Of a stretch of DNA of 60,621 nucleotides, positions 1-9,409 are shown in pieces. How positions within the stretch are numbered: position 1 is the stretch's first letter; each line of letters begins with the position of its first letter. The DNA is from a virus (Duplodnaviria; Caudoviricetes), in the IMG/VR virus record IMGVR_UViG_3300029985_000047, positions 1-60,621 of that record. The stretch is one strand, 5' to 3'. The notes beneath the pieces are model-generated. The model did no database searches. It was not told where the DNA came from and saw only the letters and a program-made list of their open reading frames with translations. The translations under genes were made by a program, and so were the position numbers.

Positions 1-99
1 TAAACTGCAGGGCGGTGAGTTCCGGGCTTGCACATGCACCGCCAAGGAACTGGAAACAGAAGCCGCTAGTATAGCAGAACCAGCAAAGGAGTAGTTGAA

Positions 100-477
100 A
101 TGGCAGAATTCAAGGATTTGGTGGGAGTAACACTCGCGTCCATAGTGGGCGGTGAAGTGGGAAGCGATCGGATCACCTTTGAGGCTCAAGATGGTCGCAC
201 TTGGTGCATGTACCACAGCCAGGATTGCTGCGAAGTAGTTCAGGTTGAGGATATAGCTGGTGATCTGAATGATTTGATTGGAGTGCCAATTACGCAGGCA
301 GAGGAGTCCAGTAATTCAGAAGACCGGAAGCAAGGAGAATCCATGGTGGGTGAGGAGTCATTCACATGGACCTTCTACCGTATAGCTACGGCCAAAGGAC
401 TAGTGGTTATCCGTTGGCTTGGAGAATCCAACGGATACTATTCTGAAAGTGTGGACTTTAAGTCGGTGCATGGATGA
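100..477 (+). CDS. Conserved phage hypothetical protein
   Basis: AAGGAG RBS; motifs YHSQDCCE, TWTFY and GESNGYYSE recalled from a widespread phage family. Confidence 0.8.
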   Translation: MAEFKDLVGVTLASIVGGEVGSDRITFEAQDGRTWCMYHSQDCCEVVQVEDIAGDLNDLIGVPITQAEESSNSEDRKQGESMVGEESFTWTFYRIATAKGLVVIRWLGESNGYYSESVDFKSVHG

Positions 478-640
478 CCCCTACGCCGTTCTGCTCGTGC
501 GCATGACAGACACCGACACCACCATCCGCAAGCGGTTCCATCAGCTTGCCGAACACCAACACCCGGACCGTGACGGGGCCAACGGCAAGCCCGGCCCGCA
601 GTGGTTCGCCATCGCACAGGAAAGGATTAAGAAGGCGTGA
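470..640 (+). CDS. Truncated J-domain (DnaJ-like) protein
   Basis: DPYAVL...IRKRFHQLAEHQHPDRDG with the HPD motif; paralog of 9409-9729; start refined to ATG 470. Confidence 0.7.
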   Translation: MDDPYAVLLVRMTDTDTTIRKRFHQLAEHQHPDRDGANGKPGPQWFAIAQERIKKA

Positions 641-990
641 TTAACCAAGCAGCCGCCCGTCAGTGGGCAGAGGACACATTCGGCATGATGTGCATGGACA
701 AGCATGAGCGGGCCATGCGGTTCTTGGAGGAGGCGTTTGAGGCGGCACAGGCGGCGGGTGTTACCGACAAAGACGCCGTGTGCCTGTGGCGCGTGGTGTA
801 CGACAAGCCTGTGGGCGAGTTGGCGCAGGAGATCGGCGGCGCTCTGCTGACGCTGGCCCTGCTGTCTGAAGGCGCTGGGCTGGACATGGAATGGGCTGGC
901 GACACTGAGTTCCTGCGTGCGCGCACCATGCCGCGCGACTACATAAAGGCCCGCCACGCGGTAAAAGTGGCTGCCGGGGTGGCCCGGTAG
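637..990 (+). CDS. MazG-like all-alpha NTP pyrophosphohydrolase
   Basis: RFLEEAFEA...QEIGG acidic helices; GTGA overlap with upstream gene. Confidence 0.55.
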   Translation: MINQAAARQWAEDTFGMMCMDKHERAMRFLEEAFEAAQAAGVTDKDAVCLWRVVYDKPVGELAQEIGGALLTLALLSEGAGLDMEWAGDTEFLRARTMPRDYIKARHAVKVAAGVAR

Positions 991-997
991 GCAAACT

Positions 998-1006
998 TGC
1001 TATAAT
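998..1006 (+). promoter_or_regulatory. Extended -10 sigma70-type promoter
   Basis: TGcTATAAT in the intergenic gap, followed by AAGGAG RBS of the 1039 gene. Confidence 0.55.
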
Positions 1007-1038
1007 GGTGTAGCAGCACTACAAGGAGATGTGCACAA

Positions 1039-1677
1039 ATGAAAATTGAAGAGATCTACGCAATCCCAGTAGATGGAGACGGATGGCGAATTCTGCCAAA
1101 CGGACACAGACTGAAACTCTCCCACAACGTTTCCGCACCCTATGGAATCAACGAGGCCAGGATCGGCGACGGGGCCAGCATCGGCGACGGGGCCAGGATC
1201 GGCAACGGGGCCAGCATCGGCAACGGGGCCAGCATCGGCAACGGGGCCAGCATCGGCAACTGGGCCAGTATCGGCGACGAGGCCATCATCGGCAGCGGGG
1301 CCAGCATCGGCGACGAGGCCATCATCGGCAGCGGGGCCAGCATCGGCGCCTGGGCCAGCATCGGCAACTGGGCCAGCATCGGCGACGAGGCCATCGTCGG
1401 CAGCGGGGCCAGCATCGGCAACGGGGCCAGCATACCGGTAGACGTGGAATTGAAATTCACACCGCTTGCCGTGCAAGGCACGCGCCATCTTGTAACCAAC
1501 TGCGCGCCGGGTCAAATTAGTATCGGGTGCCAGTTCTTTACCTTTGCTGAGTTTCTTGCCGCCAGCCCAGAGCAGCGCGCTGCGTACCAGACTGCAGCGG
1601 GATACACTCCCACCCAATGCGCAGAATATATCAAAATCGTGGAGTTTGTAATAGCAAATGGTAGTCAGCTGATCTAA
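1039..1677 (+). CDS. Hexapeptide-repeat (left-handed beta-helix) protein
   Basis: About 15 tandem IG[DNSA][GWE]A[SRI] units; AAGGAG RBS. Confidence 0.85.
   Translation: MKIEEIYAIPVDGDGWRILPNGHRLKLSHNVSAPYGINEARIGDGASIGDGARIGNGASIGNGASIGNGASIGNWASIGDEAIIGSGASIGDEAIIGSGASIGAWASIGNWASIGDEAIVGSGASIGNGASIPVDVELKFTPLAVQGTRHLVTNCAPGQISIGCQFFTFAEFLAASPEQRAAYQTAAGYTPTQCAEYIKIVEFVIANGSQLI
1156..1434 (+). repeat. 18-bp coding tandem repeat (atcggcaacggggccagc variants)
   Basis: Directly visible degenerate 18-nt periodicity. Confidence 0.9.
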
Positions 1678-1810
1678 GGAGTCTACCATGATCACAGGGA
1701 TGCTGTGATAAGCTTACTGAGCCCGGAAAGGCGTTTGATTGGTATGCTTTCTGGACGTGAGCTACTACTACACACGGAGTACGGGCCGTACGTACACAGG
1801 AGAATGAAAC

Positions 1811-2689
1811 ATGACTGAATTGACAGTGGACGAGCTACATGTTAGAGTACAAGACCTCGAGATGGTCTACAAAAGTCATCAGGAGCACTTGGCGGACGAC
1901 GCGAAAGTCATAGACAGTCTCCGGCAGAAGGTAAAAGCTCTCGAACGCCAGGTGGCAAATGAGAAACACATCAATGATGTGCTATCTAGGCAGTATGCTA
2001 AAAAGTCTGAAGAAGTACAGCATATTGCAGCAATTATGCCCTGCACTGTTGTGCAGCCATACAGGGAACTAGTAGAAAATGTTAAGGCGCTTATAAACTC
2101 ACATGAAGAGCTCCGCCAAACTGCAGTAGAGGCCATAGCTGAGCGCGACATGTGGAAGAACTACGCCTTCGATGGCGACTGCGGCGGCGGTAGTGATGGC
2201 AGTGTTCTACCCTATCCAGAGCGCTCAATGCCTAATAGACGGAAGACAGCTATTGAGAGAGGCTTTGAGAAGATTGAGAAACTGCAAGCTAAGCTAGACC
2301 ATGCAAATGCGCACAATGAGTTTCTCACTAGCAGCCTTCAAGCTACAAAGGCAAAGCTGAGCATAGCCGATGGCGTGCTTAACTGGCCGCCAGCCGGCAA
2401 GGCAGGCCTGACAGCTACGCGTGAACAAGTGGACGAGGCTATTTTGAAGACGTTTCGTGAGCATTACTGGCGTGGCGCAGTCGGGACCTTTGAAGAATTT
2501 CGGCGGCACGTAAGCGACTTGCTATTCCCGCCTGCTGTCCCGGTAGACGATGAGGACGTCGCCATTACAGGCAATGGGTTTGATACTGTGATTCTGGTGG
2601 ACCACAAAGAATTTTGCCGTACTCATAGTACGGACAATGCTGTAGAGATTCGTAATGCGCTCAAGGCTGTGAGAAAGGCAAAGAAGTGA
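1811..2689 (+). CDS. Coiled-coil hypothetical protein
   Basis: AGGAG RBS; heptad-rich N-terminal half. Confidence 0.75.
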   Translation: MTELTVDELHVRVQDLEMVYKSHQEHLADDAKVIDSLRQKVKALERQVANEKHINDVLSRQYAKKSEEVQHIAAIMPCTVVQPYRELVENVKALINSHEELRQTAVEAIAERDMWKNYAFDGDCGGGSDGSVLPYPERSMPNRRKTAIERGFEKIEKLQAKLDHANAHNEFLTSSLQATKAKLSIADGVLNWPPAGKAGLTATREQVDEAILKTFREHYWRGAVGTFEEFRRHVSDLLFPPAVPVDDEDVAITGNGFDTVILVDHKEFCRTHSTDNAVEIRNALKAVRKAKK

Positions 2690-3006
2690 TTCCAGATGAT
2701 CTGAAAGCTATTTACGCACAGTCTCAGTTAGACACCAGTATTGGGCAGCTCAATTTAGTGGGAGAGCTTATTGAGCGCGTAGGGAAGGCCGAGCAGTGTC
2801 TAGCTACGCAGAACGCAAAACTTGCTGCAGTTACGCAGTGGCTAAAAGATAACCAACAGGACGTGTTTAGGCGTGGGATTTGGGACGTTATTGTCAAAGC
2901 AGAGAATTCTGTAAAGAAGCAAAGACGCCAGACGGAGCATTGCTGCGCACAAGTGACCGATTGTGACTGCATTTGGCGTGAACCCGAGTTAGGGATGCCA
3001 CGATGA
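2686..3006 (+). CDS. Hypothetical protein
   Basis: GTGA overlap with upstream gene. Confidence 0.6.
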   Translation: MIPDDLKAIYAQSQLDTSIGQLNLVGELIERVGKAEQCLATQNAKLAAVTQWLKDNQQDVFRRGIWDVIVKAENSVKKQRRQTEHCCAQVTDCDCIWREPELGMPR

Positions 3007-3184
3007 CATTTCTTATAATGACCTTGGCAGCTGTGTGGGAGCAGATTAAGCACCCATGGTGGTCATCTACTCGCTGTGTAGATGCGGTAGAGTTGCGGCG
3101 TGTGTACCGGATGATGCCACCAAAGAAGGAGCGTACAAAGTGCGATTGATGGCTTTGCAGTCGTGATGAGGTATAATTAAGCTC

Positions 3185-4372
3185 GTGAACATTCTAAGTG
3201 AAAAGGTAGTTGCCTTTGGCGAGCATGATGAGAACACTCGCCAGCAGATTCTCACAGCGGCGCAGGACAAGCGTGTAGTTCGCGCTGCACTTATGCCTGA
3301 TGGGCACTACGGCTACAATGTGCCCATCGGAGGAGTGCTCGCCTACAAAGACGCTATCAGTCCTTCTGGAGTTGGGTTTGATATTGCCTGCGGCAATAAG
3401 GCAGTACGGCTTGATGTGCACGGGTTCGAAACACGCCCGCATATTGCTGCCATTATGGATGAGGTATTCAAGGTCATCAGCTTTGGTGTAGGCCGCAAGA
3501 ATAATGAGAAAGTTGATGCGGCGGTGCTGGACAAGAGCGGCCTGGGGTGGTATCTCGAGTCTACAAAGCCACTTTATGACAAAGCAGCTGCGCAACTTGG
3601 AACAGTGGGCTCAGGCAATCATTATGTGGATATATTCACCGATGAAGCTGACCGTGTTTGGATCGGTGTACACTTTGGCTCGCGTGGATTTGGGCATGGT
3701 ATTGCCACTTGGTTTCTGAAAGCTGCAGGTGCAAGTCAAGATATGGCCGCAGCACCATGCGTACTCGACATCAACAGCGATCTTGGCCAGCAGTACATTC
3801 ATGCTATGAGTCTTGCTGGGCAGTATGCCTATGCTGGGCGTGATTGGGTGTGTGAACGTGTGGCCAAGATTATTGGCGGTAAAGTACTAGAGAGTATCCA
3901 CAACCACCACAACTATGCATGGCTTGAAGAGCACAATGGCGAAGACTTGTGGGTCGTGCGCAAGGGTGCCACACCGGCATATCCTGGGCAGAAGTGCTTT
4001 GTTGGTGGATCACTTGGTGAGCAGTCTGTGATACTTGCGGGCATTGAAAGCACGGAGTCTAGCCTGACGCTCAGTTCGACTGTCCATGGTGCGGGCCGGG
4101 CAATGGGCCGCAAAGAGGCCACTGGTACGTTCGACCGTAAGACCGGAGAATGTAAGCGTCCTGGCAAGGTTACCCAAGAGATGCTGCAAGGCTGGGTAGA
4201 CCGCTCAGGCATTGAGTTGCGGGGAGCAGGCCTGGACGAGAGCACTGACTGCTATAAGCGGCTCGACAGTGTACTAGGCTACGTGTCCAACCAAGTGCGT
4301 ATTTTGCATAGACTGACTCCCATTGGTGTGGCCATGGCTGGAAAAGACACTTTTGACCCGTACAAGGACTGA
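3185..4372 (+). CDS. rtcB: RtcB family RNA 3'-phosphate/cyclic-phosphate to 5'-OH ligase
   Basis: MPDGH, GFDIACG, GTVGSGNHY, HFGSRG, NHHNYA, RKGAT and HGAGR motifs. Confidence 0.95.
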   Translation: MNILSEKVVAFGEHDENTRQQILTAAQDKRVVRAALMPDGHYGYNVPIGGVLAYKDAISPSGVGFDIACGNKAVRLDVHGFETRPHIAAIMDEVFKVISFGVGRKNNEKVDAAVLDKSGLGWYLESTKPLYDKAAAQLGTVGSGNHYVDIFTDEADRVWIGVHFGSRGFGHGIATWFLKAAGASQDMAAAPCVLDINSDLGQQYIHAMSLAGQYAYAGRDWVCERVAKIIGGKVLESIHNHHNYAWLEEHNGEDLWVVRKGATPAYPGQKCFVGGSLGEQSVILAGIESTESSLTLSSTVHGAGRAMGRKEATGTFDRKTGECKRPGKVTQEMLQGWVDRSGIELRGAGLDESTDCYKRLDSVLGYVSNQVRILHRLTPIGVAMAGKDTFDPYKD

Positions 4373-4401
4373 TGTGGTACAATTAGATGTATAAGGACAC
4401 T

Positions 4402-5964
4402 ATGAAATCCAAAATCTGCAGTACACAGCATGATGTAGACTACTCGGCATTGCTTAGCAGTGTCGTAGAGCACTTCAACACTGTCACTCGTAACCAAGCC
4501 AATCTTTTCACTACTGATATTGACGGAGACAAGCTCTGGCTCTACTACCTGAACAACTTAGACGAAGACATTCGTCAGCAGCATAACTGCCATTGCTGTA
4601 AGAGTTTCATTACTCGTTATGGTGGGCTGGTTGTTATCAATGAAGATGGCACCACTACATCAGCACTGTGGCCAAAGAATGAGACTCTCAGCATCTATGC
4701 AGATGCTTTCTGCGGGTTGAGACTTGTGGCTGAGCAGGCCAAAGTGACTGGGGTGTTCTACGGTAAGACTCCAGTGCTTGGTACGCCGCAGACTGGTACA
4801 TGGTCGCATATTGCAGTTACTGCCAGCAGGTTCCAGAATATGGACCGCTTGCTTATGGCTAGTCAGCACATGGCCGCTACTGTGCAGTCTTACCAAACTG
4901 TGCTAAGCACATTGTTCGACAAGGCCGGTAGCAAAGAGAACCTCGACCAGATGATCCGTGTGTTTGAAGCCGCAGCCTTACCGCGCTCAGAGAAGTTCAT
5001 CGAGCCCATTAAGTGGCTTCGTAAATTGCATGATCGCCCTAAAGGTAAACTAGGTGCTAATGTCCTATGGCGTGAAATGGCAGCTGTACCTGAAGGCTTC
5101 TTGCACCCGCGCGCCTCTGTTGTTTGGCCGTTGTTGGAGACACTACAAGCGGGCGGAGACTTTGAGGATATCAAGCGGCAGTTCATCAAAATGGCAGATC
5201 CGCTCCATTATCAACGTCCACAAGCAGCACCTACAGCTGGCAACATCAAGCAAGCTGAAGAAGTGATCGCCAAACTTGGCATTGCAAAGAGCCTAGAGCG
5301 CCGGTTCGCGCGCCTGGAAGACCTTACTACGAAGGTTTGGTTGCCAAAGGTTTCGGAAGCCCATGTGGAGGATCCTGGCTCCGTCTTTGGGCATCTTAAA
5401 GCTAGGGGCGCCACGCAGAAGAGCCTTCCGCTAGACCTGCCGGCTAAGACCATGACTTGGGAGAAGTTCGTCGACCGCATATTGCCTACAGTGCAGAAGC
5501 TGGAGTTCTATGCACCTAACCGTGGCAACTACTGCGCATTGCTAACGGCGGTGCATGCTGATGCGCCCAATATCATGAAGTGGAGTAATCCTGTATCGTG
5601 GTACGTCTACCACCCTAGAAGCTTCGCGCGGGACTGGGGCTTGTCCTCTATGCTCTGGAAGCAGGTGACAGCCGTAGTAGACACTCCCAACAAGTGGGAC
5701 GGAAAAGACTACCTTGCAGAAGGCATAGTGCTTGTGCTTAAGAACTGTGTAGACCGGCGAAGTGGACAAGGAAATGCATTGTTTCCAGAAAATCTGCGAG
5801 GTGATTTGTACAGTGTACGCTCGACCATCGAAGCGTACAGCAGAAGCGCTGAGATACAAGGCCGCGAAGAAGCCACAGCCTGTGGTTACATGATCCGTAA
5901 AGAGTCTTGCAGTATCGGGCTGCGTGCTGACGGGCAAGTCTACGTGGTGGACAGATGGGAGTAG
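4402..5964 (+). CDS. Conserved large phage protein with HNCHCC motif, function unknown
   Basis: Long ORF; QQHNCHCCKSFITRYGG and SLERRFA motifs; AAGGA RBS favours start 4402. Confidence 0.8.
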   Translation: MKSKICSTQHDVDYSALLSSVVEHFNTVTRNQANLFTTDIDGDKLWLYYLNNLDEDIRQQHNCHCCKSFITRYGGLVVINEDGTTTSALWPKNETLSIYADAFCGLRLVAEQAKVTGVFYGKTPVLGTPQTGTWSHIAVTASRFQNMDRLLMASQHMAATVQSYQTVLSTLFDKAGSKENLDQMIRVFEAAALPRSEKFIEPIKWLRKLHDRPKGKLGANVLWREMAAVPEGFLHPRASVVWPLLETLQAGGDFEDIKRQFIKMADPLHYQRPQAAPTAGNIKQAEEVIAKLGIAKSLERRFARLEDLTTKVWLPKVSEAHVEDPGSVFGHLKARGATQKSLPLDLPAKTMTWEKFVDRILPTVQKLEFYAPNRGNYCALLTAVHADAPNIMKWSNPVSWYVYHPRSFARDWGLSSMLWKQVTAVVDTPNKWDGKDYLAEGIVLVLKNCVDRRSGQGNALFPENLRGDLYSVRSTIEAYSRSAEIQGREEATACGYMIRKESCSIGLRADGQVYVVDRWE

Positions 5965-6084
5965 TTGCTGAAGTTCTCATTGGCGTCTTTTGTCTACTGA
6001 GCCTAGGAGCGTTGTTTCTAGGCCCAGTAAAAGTAGACTGGCATAGTATGGACAAGGATCCTGAAATGAATCCTGGATTGGACG

Positions 6085-6909
6085 ATGATGATTAAGATCT
6101 ATAATGACGATTTCAAGCTAAGTCGGTTTAAGTTCTCTGGCGGCGAGTTGCAAGTGCGCGTAGCCGTGGAGGGCCTAGCGCTCGCTCCAGGCAGCGTAAC
6201 CCTCAGTGCTGACCTGCACAGCTCTGACGATATTATGGAGCTTATTCTCACAGTAGACGCTCTACGCCGGGAGCTGCCCGCAGGAACTCCTTTTCATCTT
6301 GTTTGCCCGTACTTGCCTTACGCACGGCAGGATAGAGTATGCGCACCAGGCGAGGCACTGAGCGTCAGTGTGATGACTGATCTCATCAATCTCTGCGGGT
6401 TCCACTCTGTCAAGCTATGGGATGTGCATAGCGACGTCAGCCTCGCATTGCTGCGGCGCGTCATTAATGTGCACCAGAAGGACTTTGTCAGCTTAGTGCA
6501 CTGGGACCCGGGAACTATTTTGGTAGCTCCTGACGCCGGAGCGCGTAAGAAGACGGCCGAAGTAGCGAAGCTTCTGGGACTACAGATGATCACCGCCGAT
6601 AAGACTCGCAGCGTAGAGACAGGCGCCATTACAAGCACTGTGGTGCATTTTGATGGCATACCAGTAGAAGAACTGGCCAAGAAGGACTTTCTCATTGTGG
6701 ACGATATCTGTGACGGCGGCCGGACGTTCATCGAGCTAGCAAAAGTGCTGCGTCCATGGACTACTGGCAAGATTTACCTGTATGTCACGCACGGCATTTT
6801 CAGCAATGGGCTGGACGTATTCAATAGCTTGATTGATGGTGTGTATACGGCCAATCCGTTCCCAAAAGTGGACCTCAATCACAAACTGCTGACGGTGGTG
6901 TCTGCATGA
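6085..6909 (+). CDS. Ribose-phosphate pyrophosphokinase-like protein (candidate NARP1 Adps)
   Basis: FSGGE, PYLPYARQDR, DVHS, APDAGA, IVDDICDGGRTF and THG motifs. Confidence 0.9.
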   Translation: MMIKIYNDDFKLSRFKFSGGELQVRVAVEGLALAPGSVTLSADLHSSDDIMELILTVDALRRELPAGTPFHLVCPYLPYARQDRVCAPGEALSVSVMTDLINLCGFHSVKLWDVHSDVSLALLRRVINVHQKDFVSLVHWDPGTILVAPDAGARKKTAEVAKLLGLQMITADKTRSVETGAITSTVVHFDGIPVEELAKKDFLIVDDICDGGRTFIELAKVLRPWTTGKIYLYVTHGIFSNGLDVFNSLIDGVYTANPFPKVDLNHKLLTVVSA

Positions 6910-7325
6910 ATGACCCTTACCTGTATCAAGAACTGTGTTTTAACCGCTTGCTAGCTGAGTATCGCCTGCATAAGCGGCTGATCGTGGCGGTAGACTTTGA
7001 CGATACCGTGTTTGACTTTCACAAGGCTGGATACCAGTATGAAGCCGTACTGCGGTTGCTGCGTCGTTGCACGGCCCTGGGTTTCTACATCACGCTCTTT
7101 ACTTGCAGTGACCCATCAGAGTATGCCAGGCAAATAGCCTACTTGCTTGATTATGGCGTGCTGGTGACGAGCGTGAATGAGAACCCAGTCCAACTGCCAT
7201 TTGGCAATCATGGCAAGCCGTACTACAACATTCTGTTGGATGACCGCGCTGGATTGTGCGCCGCCTATCAAACCCTGGAGAGCGTAGCGACCCAGGCCGA
7301 AGCAGACAAGGAGCACGTCGAATGA
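6906..7325 (+). CDS. HAD-superfamily small phosphatase
   Basis: IVAVDFDDTV (DxD motif I) and LLDDRAG (motif IV); ATGA-coupled on both sides. Confidence 0.8.
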   Translation: MNDPYLYQELCFNRLLAEYRLHKRLIVAVDFDDTVFDFHKAGYQYEAVLRLLRRCTALGFYITLFTCSDPSEYARQIAYLLDYGVLVTSVNENPVQLPFGNHGKPYYNILLDDRAGLCAAYQTLESVATQAEADKEHVE

Positions 7326-8797
7326 ACATCTTTATGCCGCATGCAAAAGACTTCTACAAGAGTGGGCACGTCTTTCAGTATCCTAAAGGAACAGAGTACG
7401 TTTACAGCAATTGGACCTGCCGCAGTGATAAGTGGGCCAGCGTACTACCGGACTTCGCGCATAAGGTGGTGTTCTTCGGCTTGCAGGGAGTTTGCCAGTG
7501 GATGCTGATCGACGATTGGAACACTAGCTTCTTCAGCCAGCCACTTAAGGAAGTAGTAAACAAGTATCGACGTCGTATGGATAAAGCTCTTGGCACTGGC
7601 CGAGTGACCGTAGACCATATCGCTGCGCTTCACGTCTTGGGCTATTTACCTGTGCGCATCAAGGCATTGCCGGAGGGTAGCCGGGTAGATACCCGCGTGC
7701 CAATGTGGACAATCGTCAATACTTTGCCCGAGTTCTTTTGGGTCACCAACTTCTTGGAGACCCAGCTGAGTGCTGAGCTCTGGTTGCCGCTAACCAGTGC
7801 TACTACGGCGTACGAATATCGGCGCTTGTTTGATAAGTACGCCGAGCTTACCGGGGCCGTCAAGGCATTTGTGCCGTGGCAGGGACACGACTTCAGTATG
7901 CGTGGTATGACTGGTATCACTAGCGCGACACAGTCTGGTGCCGCACATTTGCTCAGTTTCACAGGCACAGATACTATCACTGCCATTGACTACTTGGAAG
8001 ACTACTACCACGGAGAGGCGACATTCGTAGGCGGCAGTGTACCTGCCACAGAGCACTCAGTAATGTGCATGGGAGGCGCGGCAGACGAGTTGGAGACATA
8101 CCGACGGCTCATTACTGAGGTCTATCCAGATGGTGTAGTCAGCATCGTCAGTGATACATGGGACTTTTGGCGCGTGCTTACTATCACGCTTAGAAAGCTA
8201 AAGGCGGAGATACTGGAGCGTGACGGCAAAGTGGTTATCAGACCAGATTCAGGTGACCCAGTCAAGATTATCTGTGGTGATCAAGATGCAAAGCCAGGCA
8301 CACCAGAGTACAAAGGCGCTGTACAATGTCTCTGGGAGATTTTTGGCGGTACAGTAACCCACAAGTGCTACGATACACTGGACTCTCACATTGGGCTGAT
8401 CTACGGCGACAGTATAAGTCTTGAACGTGCTCAGGAGATTCTCGCGCGTTTAGAGGCGAAGGGTTTTTCTAGTGATAATATCGTATTCGGTATTGGAAGC
8501 TACACTTACCAACATGTAACGCGCGATACGTTCGGAACGGCTATCAAAGCGACCTGGGGCGCAGTGAACGGAGAACCACGTGAGTTGTTCAAAGATCCTA
8601 AGACTGACAATGGTGTAAAGAAGTCTTTGTGCGGCCTCATTCGTGTAGAATATGAGGATGGACACTATATGGCATATGACCGTCAGGCTCCAGACCAAGA
8701 GCAGGGCGGCCTGCTAGAGCCGGTATTTGAAGACGGCCTACTAGTTAGAAGCCAGTCTTTGCAGGAGATTCGTATGAGGCTACATAGTGCTGGGTAA
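7322..8797 (+). CDS. Nicotinamide phosphoribosyltransferase-like protein (candidate NARP1 Namat)
   Basis: DFYKSGH, HDFSMRG, VPATEHS, SIVSDTWD, IRPDSG, IYGDSI and KDPKTD..KKS motifs; start refined to 7322. Confidence 0.93.
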   Translation: MNIFMPHAKDFYKSGHVFQYPKGTEYVYSNWTCRSDKWASVLPDFAHKVVFFGLQGVCQWMLIDDWNTSFFSQPLKEVVNKYRRRMDKALGTGRVTVDHIAALHVLGYLPVRIKALPEGSRVDTRVPMWTIVNTLPEFFWVTNFLETQLSAELWLPLTSATTAYEYRRLFDKYAELTGAVKAFVPWQGHDFSMRGMTGITSATQSGAAHLLSFTGTDTITAIDYLEDYYHGEATFVGGSVPATEHSVMCMGGAADELETYRRLITEVYPDGVVSIVSDTWDFWRVLTITLRKLKAEILERDGKVVIRPDSGDPVKIICGDQDAKPGTPEYKGAVQCLWEIFGGTVTHKCYDTLDSHIGLIYGDSISLERAQEILARLEAKGFSSDNIVFGIGSYTYQHVTRDTFGTAIKATWGAVNGEPRELFKDPKTDNGVKKSLCGLIRVEYEDGHYMAYDRQAPDQEQGGLLEPVFEDGLLVRSQSLQEIRMRLHSAG

Positions 8798-8993
8798 TGA
8801 AGTTCCTTGCGCTACGCGCGCAGTGACCATAGTAGAGATGACGCCGTGTGCTGAGGCTGAACTGCGTCCGGCTAAATCTCATCGGATGCTTTGCGATGCT
8901 CACGCTAGCAAGTTAGTAGAAGAAGATGGCGACTGGGTGCGCGGGCAAAAGCTACCACTTACTACAACCATACTTTGTCAGTGGGGAAGGTGA
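8787..8993 (+). CDS. Small Cys-containing hypothetical protein
   Basis: Fits the tightly packed operon. Confidence 0.5.
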   Translation: MLGNEVPCATRAVTIVEMTPCAEAELRPAKSHRMLCDAHASKLVEEDGDWVRGQKLPLTTTILCQWGR

Positions 8994-8994
8994 T

Positions 8995-9240
8995 ATGATC
9001 ACGCAGCAAGTAGAGTGTGATATTTGTAAAGCTTTAAAGAAAGAAGTAAACCACTGGTATGTAGTGTGCCCTGTTGGTTCTAGTGTCCGATTACATACAT
9101 GGAGCTCGGCGGATACTATGGGACTGCTGCGAAAGCCTCGTGTAATACACTGCTGTGGCCAGGCGTGTTTGCACAAAGCGTTAGATCAGTGGGTAAACAG
9201 GAAAGCGGAGGTAGTAGATGTTTTTGAAGAAAAAGCGTAG
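8995..9240 (+). CDS. Small putative zinc-binding protein
   Basis: CDIC...CCGQAC; AAGGTG RBS before ATG 8995. Confidence 0.6.
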   Translation: MITQQVECDICKALKKEVNHWYVVCPVGSSVRLHTWSSADTMGLLRKPRVIHCCGQACLHKALDQWVNRKAEVVDVFEEKA

Positions 9241-9241
9241 T

Positions 9242-9409
9242 ATGCGCATTTACACAATCAGTTTTACAGACAGCAATGACGCAGTTAATCATGCTGCCGA
9301 AGATGTCATGCTAGGTAAAGAGTGGACACTTTTACTAGTCGGTAAGAGAACAGTAGCTGCTATACGCACAGATACAATCGATACAGTTCTTTCGGAGCCT
9401 GTTGACTAA
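9242..9409 (+). CDS. Hypothetical protein
   Basis: Operon packing; TAATG overlap with next gene. Confidence 0.5.
   Translation: MRIYTISFTDSNDAVNHAAEDVMLGKEWTLLLVGKRTVAAIRTDTIDTVLSEPVD

Noticed and set aside
1156-1434. Possible CRISPR array or DGR-type repeat
   Set aside because: Contiguous in-frame 18-bp units with no spacers, and no cas1/cas2 or reverse transcriptase recognised in the window.
1688-1818. Possible frameshifted small gene after the hexapeptide gene
   Set aside because: An RBS and ATG are present with an early stop and an alternative open frame, but it is too short to support without homologs.
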